Shown here piece after piece: positions 20,174 through 28,849 of a stretch of DNA of 64,000 bases. Position 1 is the first letter of the stretch, and each line of letters opens with the position of its first letter. The stretch lies in assembly GCA_965197425.1 (NCBI GenBank), contig CBDANC010000013.1, positions 64,001 through 128,000 of the forward strand, given 5' to 3'. Below the pieces are notes generated by a model. It saw only the letters and a program-made list of their open reading frames with translations. It did not search any database and was not told the origin of the DNA. A program made the position numbers and the translations under genes. The DNA comes from Bdellovibrionales bacterium (GTDB taxonomy: Bacteria; Bdellovibrionota; Bdellovibrionia; Bdellovibrionales; JAUICD01).

Positions 20174-20235
20174 CTTGAAAGGGTGTAAGTTTAATATATA
20201 ATTTGGCTTATAAGCCTTAATTTTAAGGGGGAAAA

Positions 20236-20412
20236 ATGAAATTTATTGCATTTGTATTTTCAATATTAATGTTTACTTCAATAAGCAATGCTGGTTCAGG
20301 AGCAGACTGTGAACAGGTTACTGCAGATGTTTCTATAAGTGATAGCACTAACCCCACTGTTTTAGATAGTTCTGGGGACAAAAAAACAAAGTCTGACGGT
20401 ACTGATAACTAA
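20236..20412 (+). CDS. Small secreted protein (58 aa), not in the ORF track
   Basis: MKFIAFVFSILMFTSISNA|GSGADCEQVTADVSISDSTNPTVLDSSGDKKTKSDGTDN; aaggggg RBS; terminator follows. Confidence 0.75.
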   Translation: MKFIAFVFSILMFTSISNAGSGADCEQVTADVSISDSTNPTVLDSSGDKKTKSDGTDN

Positions 20413-20435
20413 AAATTAAAAACTCTAAAACAAAT

Positions 20436-20465
20436 AAAAAAGGACATCTGATGATGTCCTTTTTT
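20436..20465. terminator. Bidirectional intrinsic terminator
   Basis: aaaaa-aggacatc-tgat-gatgtcct-ttttt. Confidence 0.8.
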
Positions 20466-20743
20466 GCGTGCCTTCAAATTTGTTAGCATTGTAGGCGTAG
20501 TACAAGCAAGCAGGTAGACAGTCATCAGGCAACCAATCCAGGTCCGGTATCTAGCAGCTGCATTTTCGTTTTGTTTGACTCTCGGTAAAACTATGTATTT
20601 TTCCATAATTTATATAAAAAAGCTCCTAACATATCTGCTTCCACCATTAAGAGTTGGTGGTCTATGAGATCTAGTATAGCTTGTGTTTCTCTGAGCGAAC
20701 CAAGGCTTATTGCATAGAACCTTTTTCTCTCTTTGGCAGTTGG

Positions 20744-20809
20744 TTGGTTCAATTGGCTCACGGGATAAACCTTTATATTTTCCAATTGAAATAAACTCCC
20801 TGCGGTCGT
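20744..20809 (+). repeat. Family B element (66 bp)
   Basis: ttggttcaattggctcacgggataaacc...ccaattgaaataaactccctgcggtcg; boundaries taken from the host-gene alignment. Confidence 0.85.
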
Positions 20810-20827
20810 TTTTGCACTTCCTTCTCC

Positions 20828-20895
20828 CAACATTGATTGAGCTTGCCAATAAAGTGACTTGTTGCTTTTTGGCAAGCGAATTACGTTCCGACAAT
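20828..20895 (+). repeat. Family C element
   Basis: caacattgattgag-hairpin-gcgaattacgttc; homologue at 28469. Confidence 0.75.
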
Positions 20896-21121
20896 GTTTA
20901 GCACAATGCTTAAGGTAGCTCTTTGGAATTGATTCTTGAGTGGTTCTTTTAAGCAGAGTTGTTTTGAGTTTTGATAAAACTCTTTAGCTATTTGGTATGT
21001 TTTTAATTTTTTTGGAAAAATTAAAGATATTACAGGTGCCTGATGGTTGAGCCCAGATACTGATATCAGATCTCTGAGTGCCAGATCCCAGATTTAATCA
21101 GGCAATCAAGACAAATAATAT

Positions 21122-21343
21122 TTACTTTACAGTAGAGGGTGGTGCAGCAGTTGGGCTGAAGAGATTTATTTCATCTAGGCCATGTTCTCCCTGTGCTTCT
21201 TCCAAGCTTCTTACTTCTTCTGAAGTTTCATTTTCTGGAAATATTTTCTGCTCTGTTATGGAAGAATTAACACTTTTAGTTGTAGTAGTAATGGTAGTGG
21301 TAGTTGCAAATAAGACAGCGAATAAAATACTTTTCATACACAC
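21122..21343 (-). CDS. Small putative secreted, low-complexity protein downstream of the RHS gene
   Basis: MKSILFAVLFA hydrophobic N-terminus; ggag upstream; T/E/P-rich body. Confidence 0.5.
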   Translation of the reverse strand: MCMKSILFAVLFATTTTITTTTKSVNSSITEQKIFPENETSEEVRSLEEAQGEHGLDEINLFSPTAAPPSTVK

Positions 21344-21345
21344 TC

Positions 21346-21466
21346 CAAGGTCTTCACTGAAACTGAAAGTTGCCTTGGTGTAATGATTGTACGAAGTACA
21401 AATGAAGCCAAGGTACTTTCAGCTTCAGAGTTGCCCAGCTCCGGACACTGATACCGATCCAGTTAC
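21346..21466 (+). repeat. Family A (long type) with tail
   Basis: caaggtcttc; gtac-gaa-gtac inner hairpin; gttgcccagctccggacactgat. Confidence 0.85.
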
Positions 21467-21506
21467 TGCTAGAACAAGTTACACTTAATGTCAACCTTTA
21501 GTGGAG

Positions 21507-23153
21507 TTATATACCTAGGTCAACTCCGGAAGGTGATACAATTTCCAAAAGCCCATTAAAAGTTGATGCTATTTGAGTGGCCACCACAGGTCCTTCTTTT
21601 GAGTTTACATCTTTTAACTCACCATTAGATCTATATTGGACCATAAGACTACCCACTCCCGGTCTTTCTAATTTCTTTGGCTTTCCGAATCTATTATCAT
21701 AAGTAATATTCACAGCCCTATGAGCCTGATCAATTAGAGATACCACCCTACCTCTCTTATCATACTTTAGCTTCACAGCCCTACCATCTGTTGATACAGC
21801 ACTGACCAAGTTTCCGGTAGGTCCGTAACTAAATTTAGTTCTAAGTTTCCCAGCCTTTAACTCTGTGACTTTATTAAAGGTCTTGTGATATTTAAAAGAC
21901 ATGGTTTGTTTGCCAACCTTTCTGGCCTTAACTTGTCCGTTGGGGTAATAGGATACTAGCGTGGTTACACCATTTTTAATTGTCTTAATAGGTTTTTCAA
22001 AACTTGCTGAGTAATAAACATCTAAAGAATGATCATTGATAGCACTTTTTGCACGAGCTAAAAACTTTCCACCAGTTTTTTTAGATTTATACCAAAACTC
22101 ATATTTAGCATTAGTTTGAGTTATTTTTCCACATTTTTTAACCACATTTATCCAATAGTGATCTTTTGGATTTTTAGGTGACATTTGATATCTAAAATCT
22201 TCTACACACTTATCTCTACCTGTAAAATTTAAAACCCAATCTCTATCAGTATCATACTTAATAGCTTTAAAAGTTTTATCTGGATAAGTAACTTTCGTTA
22301 GGTTGTGCAGTTGATCATATTGATAGGTATATGTGTTACCCCAAGCAGTTCTTACTTTCACCAAATCATTTTGTCTTTTATAGCTATAGGAAACCTTCAT
22401 ACCCCCTGGTCCTGATATACTTCTAATTTTTCCGGAAGGATGATGCATAAAGCTAAGTTGTCTTTTATTGTTATCGGTTATCTTAACCAGATTTCCTTTT
22501 TTGTTATACTGTAAGTGTAAGTAATTTTTATCAGCATCATAAAAATGCGTGATCACTCCATCAAAATTAAACCTTTGTTTTTCTTTATTTACCAAAGTTC
22601 TTTCAAAATACTTACCAGTCTTAATTAAAGTTTCATTTCTGTTTTGTACTGATCTATAAACGGTGTTAGTTTTCATATCTGATTTAACCCCGTATCTTTC
22701 AGCATACCGCTCTAAAACTTTTGGATCATTTTTCATTGATTGTTCTAGTCTTTTTAAATTTCTAGCATTAAAGGATTTATTACGCTGCTTTATTTTATTT
22801 AGTACTTGTCCTATAGCGCCCTTGGTATTTGAAGCTGAGTAATTTTCAGATCTAAAAATAACAGTTTTACCATCTCCACATTCTTTTAATTTTATTGAGC
22901 CATCTGGTTGAGTAGTGAACTGGGTTTCAAAATCAGAACACCATCCAAACCCAAACATTCCATTAAACAACGACCGGCTGTTATAAGTTCTTTTGATTTC
23001 AAAGTTATAACCAGTGCCTGGAATTTCTAGGTCCTTCCAGGTATCTGAGTAGTTAGCAAGCCTAACATCCACAACTGAAAGGGCTTTTTCTATCGGGAAT
23101 AACAACAATAAAACAAAAAGCCAACTATGGCATCTAAAAAGAATATTCTGCAT
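21507..23153 (-). CDS. Secreted RHS/YD-repeat protein without a toxin tip
   Basis: RTYNSRS..GMFGFGW (DUF6531-like) and repeated Y(D/N)xxGxL units; likely start MQNILF. Confidence 0.85.
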   Translation of the reverse strand: MQNILFRCHSWLFVLLLLFPIEKALSVVDVRLANYSDTWKDLEIPGTGYNFEIKRTYNSRSLFNGMFGFGWCSDFETQFTTQPDGSIKLKECGDGKTVIFRSENYSASNTKGAIGQVLNKIKQRNKSFNARNLKRLEQSMKNDPKVLERYAERYGVKSDMKTNTVYRSVQNRNETLIKTGKYFERTLVNKEKQRFNFDGVITHFYDADKNYLHLQYNKKGNLVKITDNNKRQLSFMHHPSGKIRSISGPGGMKVSYSYKRQNDLVKVRTAWGNTYTYQYDQLHNLTKVTYPDKTFKAIKYDTDRDWVLNFTGRDKCVEDFRYQMSPKNPKDHYWINVVKKCGKITQTNAKYEFWYKSKKTGGKFLARAKSAINDHSLDVYYSASFEKPIKTIKNGVTTLVSYYPNGQVKARKVGKQTMSFKYHKTFNKVTELKAGKLRTKFSYGPTGNLVSAVSTDGRAVKLKYDKRGRVVSLIDQAHRAVNITYDNRFGKPKKLERPGVGSLMVQYRSNGELKDVNSKEGPVVATQIASTFNGLLEIVSPSGVDLGI

Positions 23154-23167
23154 AAACAATCCTAAAA

Positions 23168-23209
23168 CCGGTAACACCGGTGGTATTTCTGGTAACACCA
23201 GTGGTATTT
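23168..23209. repeat. 2 x 21-bp mini-hairpin repeat
   Basis: ccggt-aac-accgg-tggtattt / ctggt-aac-accag-tggtattt. Confidence 0.75.
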
Positions 23210-23214
23210 AAAGT

Positions 23215-24090
23215 TTATGCTTCAATTGTAATGATTTTTTTAATGACTAGTCCACCAACAATTTGTAAGCCTAGCATAAATACCAGCATCACTATCCCAA
23301 GAACTGTGGTGAATAAGGGTTTAACATAACCTGGGTCTAGCATTGCAGTAACAATCAATATCACAAACGGCACTGCTGTAATAATAATTCCCTGCATCAA
23401 ACCCTGTGCGGTTAGTGTTTCTATTTTCTTTTGTACCTTCTGTCTTTCTCTAATTGTCTCGACTATAGTAGAGAAAGTTTCTGACATATCACCGCCTGTT
23501 TCTTTCAGTATATTAACGGCTGTGACAAACATATTAACATCGGGAATGTGTATTCTTTTGTACAAATTATTTAATCCTTCTTCAAGGCTTAACCCCAGTC
23601 TTAGTTCTGATAAAACTAGACCAAATTCTTGTGCGATTGGGTTTTCCATATTATCGACTACTCGTTCCATGGCTTGTGCAACTGTCAGTCCACTTCTAAC
23701 TCCGTTTGCAAGTAGGGTGAGACCGTCGACCATTTGATCTGCGAACATACCACATCTTTTTTTAAATAAGATATCCACCACTACTTTTGGTATTTGCCAT
23801 CCTACAAATGTCACTATTAAGCCTAAAAACATTCCGGTTTTTAGATTAGGTAGTAGGCTAAATGCTACTAGAAATCCTGGTCCAACACTTACTGCTAGCA
23901 TGAGTAGTGTGACTTTTTTAGGGTCTGTTTCTACAAACATAACTTTAAATTTTTCTAAGATATATTCTCTTTTACCAAGAGTTTTGCCGTGCAGCCAATT
24001 AACAACTTTTTCAGAATAGAAATATGCCACCATAAAGCCTACAGCACCTATTAGTGGAAATACGATTAGTGGTTCTTTAAAAATTATCAT
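23215..24090 (-). CDS. tadB: Tad pilus assembly protein TadB (T2SS F domain)
   Basis: GVRSGL..QA, PIAQEF, ETGGD, TIRER motifs. Confidence 0.9.
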   Translation of the reverse strand: MIIFKEPLIVFPLIGAVGFMVAYFYSEKVVNWLHGKTLGKREYILEKFKVMFVETDPKKVTLLMLAVSVGPGFLVAFSLLPNLKTGMFLGLIVTFVGWQIPKVVVDILFKKRCGMFADQMVDGLTLLANGVRSGLTVAQAMERVVDNMENPIAQEFGLVLSELRLGLSLEEGLNNLYKRIHIPDVNMFVTAVNILKETGGDMSETFSTIVETIRERQKVQKKIETLTAQGLMQGIIITAVPFVILIVTAMLDPGYVKPLFTTVLGIVMLVFMLGLQIVGGLVIKKIITIEA

Positions 24091-26288
24091 TAGCTTGCCT
24101 TCTTAACAATGGGTTTTGCTGCGCTTGTAGTTTTTGGTTTTTGAATTGTTGGTTTTGCTCTACCTCCTGTTCCTGTGAACAACGTTCTTGGAATTTTCAC
24201 ACCTTTCTTTTCGAAATCTTCTATAAATGTGGGTATTCTTCCGAGCGCTTGGAACTGTCCGATAATTTTTCTGTTTTTATCAAAACCTTCCTCTTTAAAT
24301 TTAAAAATTTCGGTTAGTGTGACATTATCCCCAGACATACCGCAAACTTCTGTAATACTTTTTACCTTTCTACTTCCGTCTGACATTCTGGAAATTTGCA
24401 CAATTAGGTTAACTGCATTTGCAATTTGTTTTCTTATAGCTTTTGCTGGAAGTTCCATACCTGCCATAAGGCAAAGAGTTTCAACCCTACTTACCGCCTC
24501 TACTGGATTATTGGCATGTACAGTTGTCATTGAACCATCGTGACCTGTATTCATTGCTTGTAGCATATCTAGTGCTTCGCCACCTCTACACTCACCTACT
24601 ATAATTCTATCTGGTCTCATTCTTAAACTGTTCATGATAAGGTCTCTAATAGTCACACTACCAGATCCTTCTAAGTTAGCGGGTCTGGTCTCTAGCCTTA
24701 CTACATGAGTTTGTTTTAGTTGTAGTTCTGCTGCATCTTCTACGGTAATAATTCTTTCTCTTGCAGGGATAAAGCTAGATAGAGTGTTTAGGAGTGTTGT
24801 TTTACCAGAACCTGTACCACCAGATATAAGCAGGTTAAGTCCGTTCTCCACGCAGATTTTCAAAAAATCTATCATAGGTTGAGTTATGGAGCCCCACTCT
24901 ATGTAATTTTTAATTACCACTGGTTTTTTTGAAAATTTTCTTATGGTAAGAGATGGTCCATCTATCGAAATAGGTTCAATCACTGCATTAACACGACTAC
25001 CGTCTTTTAGTCTTGCGTCTACGTAGGGAGAAGTTTCGTCAATTCTTCTTCCTAATGGGGTTACAATCCTCTCTATTACTTTTCTTAAGTGAAAGTTAGA
25101 GGTAAAGGTAGTGTCACTTAAGGAGAGTTTTCCACTTTTTTCTACAAACAGCTGATTATGACCATTTACCATAACCTCGGTTACGGTGTTGTCTTCAAGT
25201 AGATCTTCCAAAGGCCCTAGTCCTAGTGACTCATCCAAAATTTCTTTTATAAGGCGGCTTCTTTCATCTCTTGCACCACCTTTTAGTTCTTTATCAACTA
25301 AGGTTGATACCATTTGTTGTACTTTTCTTCTTAGAGCTTTTTCTTTTTCAGGATCTCCTTTGGTATCTGTTTCACTTTTTCTTAAGTCCATAGCTTGTAT
25401 AAGTTCTTGGTGAAGCCTTAGTTTTAGTAAGTTTCTAGGATTATTTTCTGAGCCACTAGTTGTAGTTTCTTTTTTTGTGTCATCAGATGTTGCTCTGCTT
25501 TTGATGTTAGATACACCTTTATTGAGTGACTTTAGTTTTGTTAGAAAGTTTCCGCTTGTAACTTTTCTTACTAAATTGTGATAGGATGTACTAACTTTGG
25601 CTTGTGAGTTTAATGCTACAAATGGCATTCCTCTTTGAAGAGCTGTGGCACATAGTTTGTCATCTTGTTCAATTGCTCCCAAAATATTTTTTTTCAGAGA
25701 ATTTTGGATTTGTTGAGGAGATAGAGAGTTTGCACTAACTCTATTAGCTACTACACCTATTAAATCCCCTGGTATAGTAGCAGCAGCAAAGTCACCTAGC
25801 AGTCTTGAGGTTTGATTAACTGCAAGGCTATCAGATCCTGTTACAGTTAATATTAGGCTTGCGTGCTTTAAAAATTCTTGTTGAAGTTCAGAAAGAGTGG
25901 AACCCACATCCACAACTATATACTTAAACATAGTACTCAAAGAGCCAATGGGTCTAGCTATTAAATTAGGATCAACGCTTAGGGTTTCATCTTTTGATTT
26001 AACAGCTCCAACATAAAAAATTCCTGAAGCATGTTTTGTTATAAGTGAAGGTATTGTTTGAGCGTTAATTTTGCCGTTAAATTTGGCCAATTCACTTAGA
26101 GTTCTTTTGGCCATAGTGCCTAATATAAAGTTTTGATCACCGCATGACAGTGCATCAGCATCTATTAACAGGGTATGTTGTTTTAGTTCTTTTACTATAG
26201 TTGCAGCAAAATTTGCAGCAAACACACTTTTACCAACACCACCTTTACCACCAACTACAACTATCAAATGACACTTCTGATCTATCAT
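24090..26288 (-). CDS. tadA: Fused CpaE/ParA-like domain plus CpaF/TadA ATPase
   Basis: N-terminal GGKGGVGKS; C-terminal GLGPLE, SGGTGSGKTT, LRMRPDRIIVGECRG, NTGHDG. Confidence 0.92.
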   Translation of the reverse strand: MIDQKCHLIVVVGGKGGVGKSVFAANFAATIVKELKQHTLLIDADALSCGDQNFILGTMAKRTLSELAKFNGKINAQTIPSLITKHASGIFYVGAVKSKDETLSVDPNLIARPIGSLSTMFKYIVVDVGSTLSELQQEFLKHASLILTVTGSDSLAVNQTSRLLGDFAAATIPGDLIGVVANRVSANSLSPQQIQNSLKKNILGAIEQDDKLCATALQRGMPFVALNSQAKVSTSYHNLVRKVTSGNFLTKLKSLNKGVSNIKSRATSDDTKKETTTSGSENNPRNLLKLRLHQELIQAMDLRKSETDTKGDPEKEKALRRKVQQMVSTLVDKELKGGARDERSRLIKEILDESLGLGPLEDLLEDNTVTEVMVNGHNQLFVEKSGKLSLSDTTFTSNFHLRKVIERIVTPLGRRIDETSPYVDARLKDGSRVNAVIEPISIDGPSLTIRKFSKKPVVIKNYIEWGSITQPMIDFLKICVENGLNLLISGGTGSGKTTLLNTLSSFIPARERIITVEDAAELQLKQTHVVRLETRPANLEGSGSVTIRDLIMNSLRMRPDRIIVGECRGGEALDMLQAMNTGHDGSMTTVHANNPVEAVSRVETLCLMAGMELPAKAIRKQIANAVNLIVQISRMSDGSRKVKSITEVCGMSGDNVTLTEIFKFKEEGFDKNRKIIGQFQALGRIPTFIEDFEKKGVKIPRTLFTGTGGRAKPTIQKPKTTSAAKPIVKKAS

Positions 26289-26356
26289 TAACTAAATACC
26301 CCCGTACTTAGGAGTATCGGAGTATTTGTTGTTTATATGTATATTCAAAAGCCTGT

Positions 26357-26405
26357 TTGCCAGACTGCCCGATTGCCAGACTGCCGGGTTGCCTGATTGC
26401 CCGAT
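26357..26405. repeat. Degenerate 8-mer tandem repeat
   Basis: ttgccaga ctgcccga ttgccaga ctgccggg ttgcctga ttgcccga. Confidence 0.85.
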
Positions 26406-26435
26406 CAACTACCTCTTGTTGTATTTATACCTACA

Positions 26436-26693
26436 CCAGGAAACAGTCGTTCGGCCTGAAGATGTCTTGGTTGCATTTGGACTTCGTCTTATAAAGGTGA
26501 GTTTAATGAGGCCAATAAATCTGGCTTCGCCAGTTGGTTCAATTGGCTTACGGGATAAACATCTATGTTTTCCAATTGAAATAACCTCTCTACGGTCGGT
26601 TTTTGCCCGAGTGACTGTTTCCTGGTCCAACTAAAGCTAAGGAATTTTCACATTTCACCAATTCATCTTTTAGCCTCACTAATGGACCTTTAG
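26436..26693. repeat. Composite: inverted D ends, nested B (26534-26599) and family E unit
   Basis: ccaggaaacagtc (26436) / gactgtttcctgg (26613) 13-bp inverted repeat; taaaggtgag at 26492; ctaatggaccttta at about 26678. Confidence 0.8.
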
Positions 26694-26702
26694 GACTTGA
26701 GT

Positions 26703-27332
26703 CTAGCCATGATAAGTTAAATTTTGAAGTAAGTTTATAAATTCATCGCTCCACTTATCAAAAATATCTTTTATTGTAACTTTATTATTATGATTGGTTA
26801 GTTTATCAAATTTTTCATTTATTATTCCGCATGATTTTATTTTAGATATGATGTTTAGATTATTTGAGATATTTATGGAAAGTCCATGCATTGACACCCC
26901 TTTTTTGAATTGTAATCCTAGAAAGCCAATTTTTCCTTCGGTGGTATAGAATCCTTTTTTTTCTTGGTCAAATTCTGTTTGGCATCCAAAGTGTCCCATA
27001 GTTTGTGTTGTGCAGTTTATTATTATATCTATAAATTGCTTGATCTTAATTTTTAATTTTTTTATTGGTACTATTGGGTATATAACAATTTGCCCTGGGT
27101 TATGTATAGTGGTTTGTCCTCCTCTTTTTATTTTAAAGACTGGGATATTTTTTAGATCACTATCTAAGATATCGTCGTGATTTCCTCTTATACCTATTGT
27201 GATTACTGGATTATATTCAACTCCCATTATGTGGTAGTGAGAGTTTTGTTCTGTGAGTTTTCTTAGGTAGTTTTGTTTTTCTAAGCTTTTTTCGTAACAG
27301 ATTTTTTCAAACCAGTGTGTCTTATATTTCAT
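26703..27332 (-). CDS. lipB: Lipoyl(octanoyl) transferase
   Basis: PVITIG, RGGQTTIHNPGQIVIYPI, KIG, HGLSIN, CG. Confidence 0.9.
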   Translation of the reverse strand: MKYKTHWFEKICYEKSLEKQNYLRKLTEQNSHYHIMGVEYNPVITIGIRGNHDDILDSDLKNIPVFKIKRGGQTTIHNPGQIVIYPIVPIKKLKIKIKQFIDIIINCTTQTMGHFGCQTEFDQEKKGFYTTEGKIGFLGLQFKKGVSMHGLSINISNNLNIISKIKSCGIINEKFDKLTNHNNKVTIKDIFDKWSDEFINLLQNLTYHG

Positions 27333-28450
27333 TTGTCAAATGATGCACTAACTCTACTATTGCCTATGGATCTAATTTTAGAAAGTCTTCCTTTTTGTAG
27401 TTTAAGACTTGATAGTCCTTTTGCAATTTGCCTGGTTGAAACATTGGATTCTAGTTTAAACACTATTTTATCTTTATCAAAAATGTATTCTTTGAAACTA
27501 AAGACTTCTGGAAAAGTTTTTCTAAAAACTGTTTTTACTTCTTCTACTCTGGGGTAGGTTAGATCTCCTCTTAGGGATAGGTAGATGATGTTAGCGCCTA
27601 TTTCCCCGTTATTCCATGAGGCCACAATTGCTTTAACTGTGGTATCTATTATATCTGATGATACTTTCAAAAGAGTTTCTTTTGTTAGAGCTTCATCTTT
27701 ATTTCTAGAGGTTCGGTCTACAATTTCTCCTATGATCTTACCGTCAGTAACTGAGATAGCGTAGAAGTTGCTTTTGATAACAGCTTGATTTAATTTTCTT
27801 CTATTTTCAGAAAATTTTATATCTCCGACCAATACTAGATCTGATTTAAATTTTTTACCTAATTTAATGTAGTCATTGGTGCTGAATGATGTTTTTTCAG
27901 GGGTTTTATTTTTGCTATCTGGGGTCATTATTTTTATTTTTCTACTAGCTGCTGAAAACTTTTTTGTAAAATTATCAACTACTGTGTTTGATAAATTATT
28001 GGAAGAATCTAGCCACCATGCATAGATCACGCCCTTCATTGTATCTGTGATACTGATCATAGGTAGAATGTTAAGATTATCGCTATTAACCTTAAATAGA
28101 CCACTTTGTTTTAAAATCTGTCTAAGATCATCGTATGAAATTTTGAAGGTTACCAACATTTGATAACCCTTATTACTTTTTAATAACTTGCCGCTGTTGA
28201 TAAATGGTATAAATCTATTGATCTTATTTTTCATAATATCGCTGACTGTGTCTTTGTTACTACTAAATCTTTTTCCTCCAATAAAACTTTTTATAGCATC
28301 CGTAGCTAGTTTTTGTGTCATTTTTTCTACTATTTCTTTTTTTGCTTCTTTTGGATCAATTAGCCCACTTGTGCCTTTTAAAGCTATAGTTTCTAGACAA
28401 AAAGCTTTGTATGAAACAAAGAGTATGACAAAAAATATTTTGCTTTTCAT
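27329..28450 (-). CDS. Hypothetical secreted protein
   Basis: Likely start MKSKIFF with ggag RBS; signal-like N-terminus. Confidence 0.7.
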   Translation of the reverse strand: MKSKIFFVILFVSYKAFCLETIALKGTSGLIDPKEAKKEIVEKMTQKLATDAIKSFIGGKRFSSNKDTVSDIMKNKINRFIPFINSGKLLKSNKGYQMLVTFKISYDDLRQILKQSGLFKVNSDNLNILPMISITDTMKGVIYAWWLDSSNNLSNTVVDNFTKKFSAASRKIKIMTPDSKNKTPEKTSFSTNDYIKLGKKFKSDLVLVGDIKFSENRRKLNQAVIKSNFYAISVTDGKIIGEIVDRTSRNKDEALTKETLLKVSSDIIDTTVKAIVASWNNGEIGANIIYLSLRGDLTYPRVEEVKTVFRKTFPEVFSFKEYIFDKDKIVFKLESNVSTRQIAKGLSSLKLQKGRLSKIRSIGNSRVSASFDK

Positions 28451-28468
28451 ATATCTCCAGGTCTTTCT

Positions 28469-28795
28469 CAACACTGATTGAGGCTAGCAAAAAAACCGAC
28501 TTGTTGGTTTTTTGCTAGGCGAATTACATTCATCAAGGTCTTCCGAATGAGGCAAAAAATAAGGAGGCTATGCCTACTTTTTTTTGCCGAGTAGTTGCCC
28601 AGCGTTGTAACACGATGCTGATCCCTTTCACAAGGTCTTCCAACGAGGCCAACAAAGTGAACTTGTTCGCTTTTTTTCAATTGGCTCACGGGATAAACCT
28701 TTATATTGTCCAATTGGATGAACCTCCTTTGCAGTCGGTTTTTCCGATTGAAATAACCTCCCTGCGGTCAGTTTTGGCCGAGTGGATGCCCAGCT
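28469..28795 (+). repeat. Composite array: C + A + A containing a nested long B
   Basis: C at 28469; A at 28533; A at 28630 with B inserted in the 3' arm (about 28674-28771). Confidence 0.88.
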
Positions 28796-28849
28796 TTGCA
28801 ACGTGTAATACAACTCCAGTTACTTACAACTTCCACTAAAGCTATTGCA

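Larger units (their letters stand above)
20591..21012 (-). pseudogene. Second four-helix-bundle gene, disrupted by two hairpin-element insertions
   Basis: KLKTYQIAKEFYQNSKQLCLKEPLKNQFQRATLSIVLN [ins] GEGSAK [ins] PTAKERKRFY...LGAFLYKL is colinear with the 5751-6044 protein; no in-frame ATG. Confidence 0.85.

Noticed and set aside
21507..23153. RHS polymorphic toxin with immunity gene
   Set aside because: No RHS core-end PxxxxDPxG motif or toxin tip; has a signal peptide and tad context instead
26326..26634. ORFs over repeat composites (also 1438-1766, 17093-17308, 28468-28839)
   Set aside because: Translations of hairpin elements, with no RBS or protein motifs
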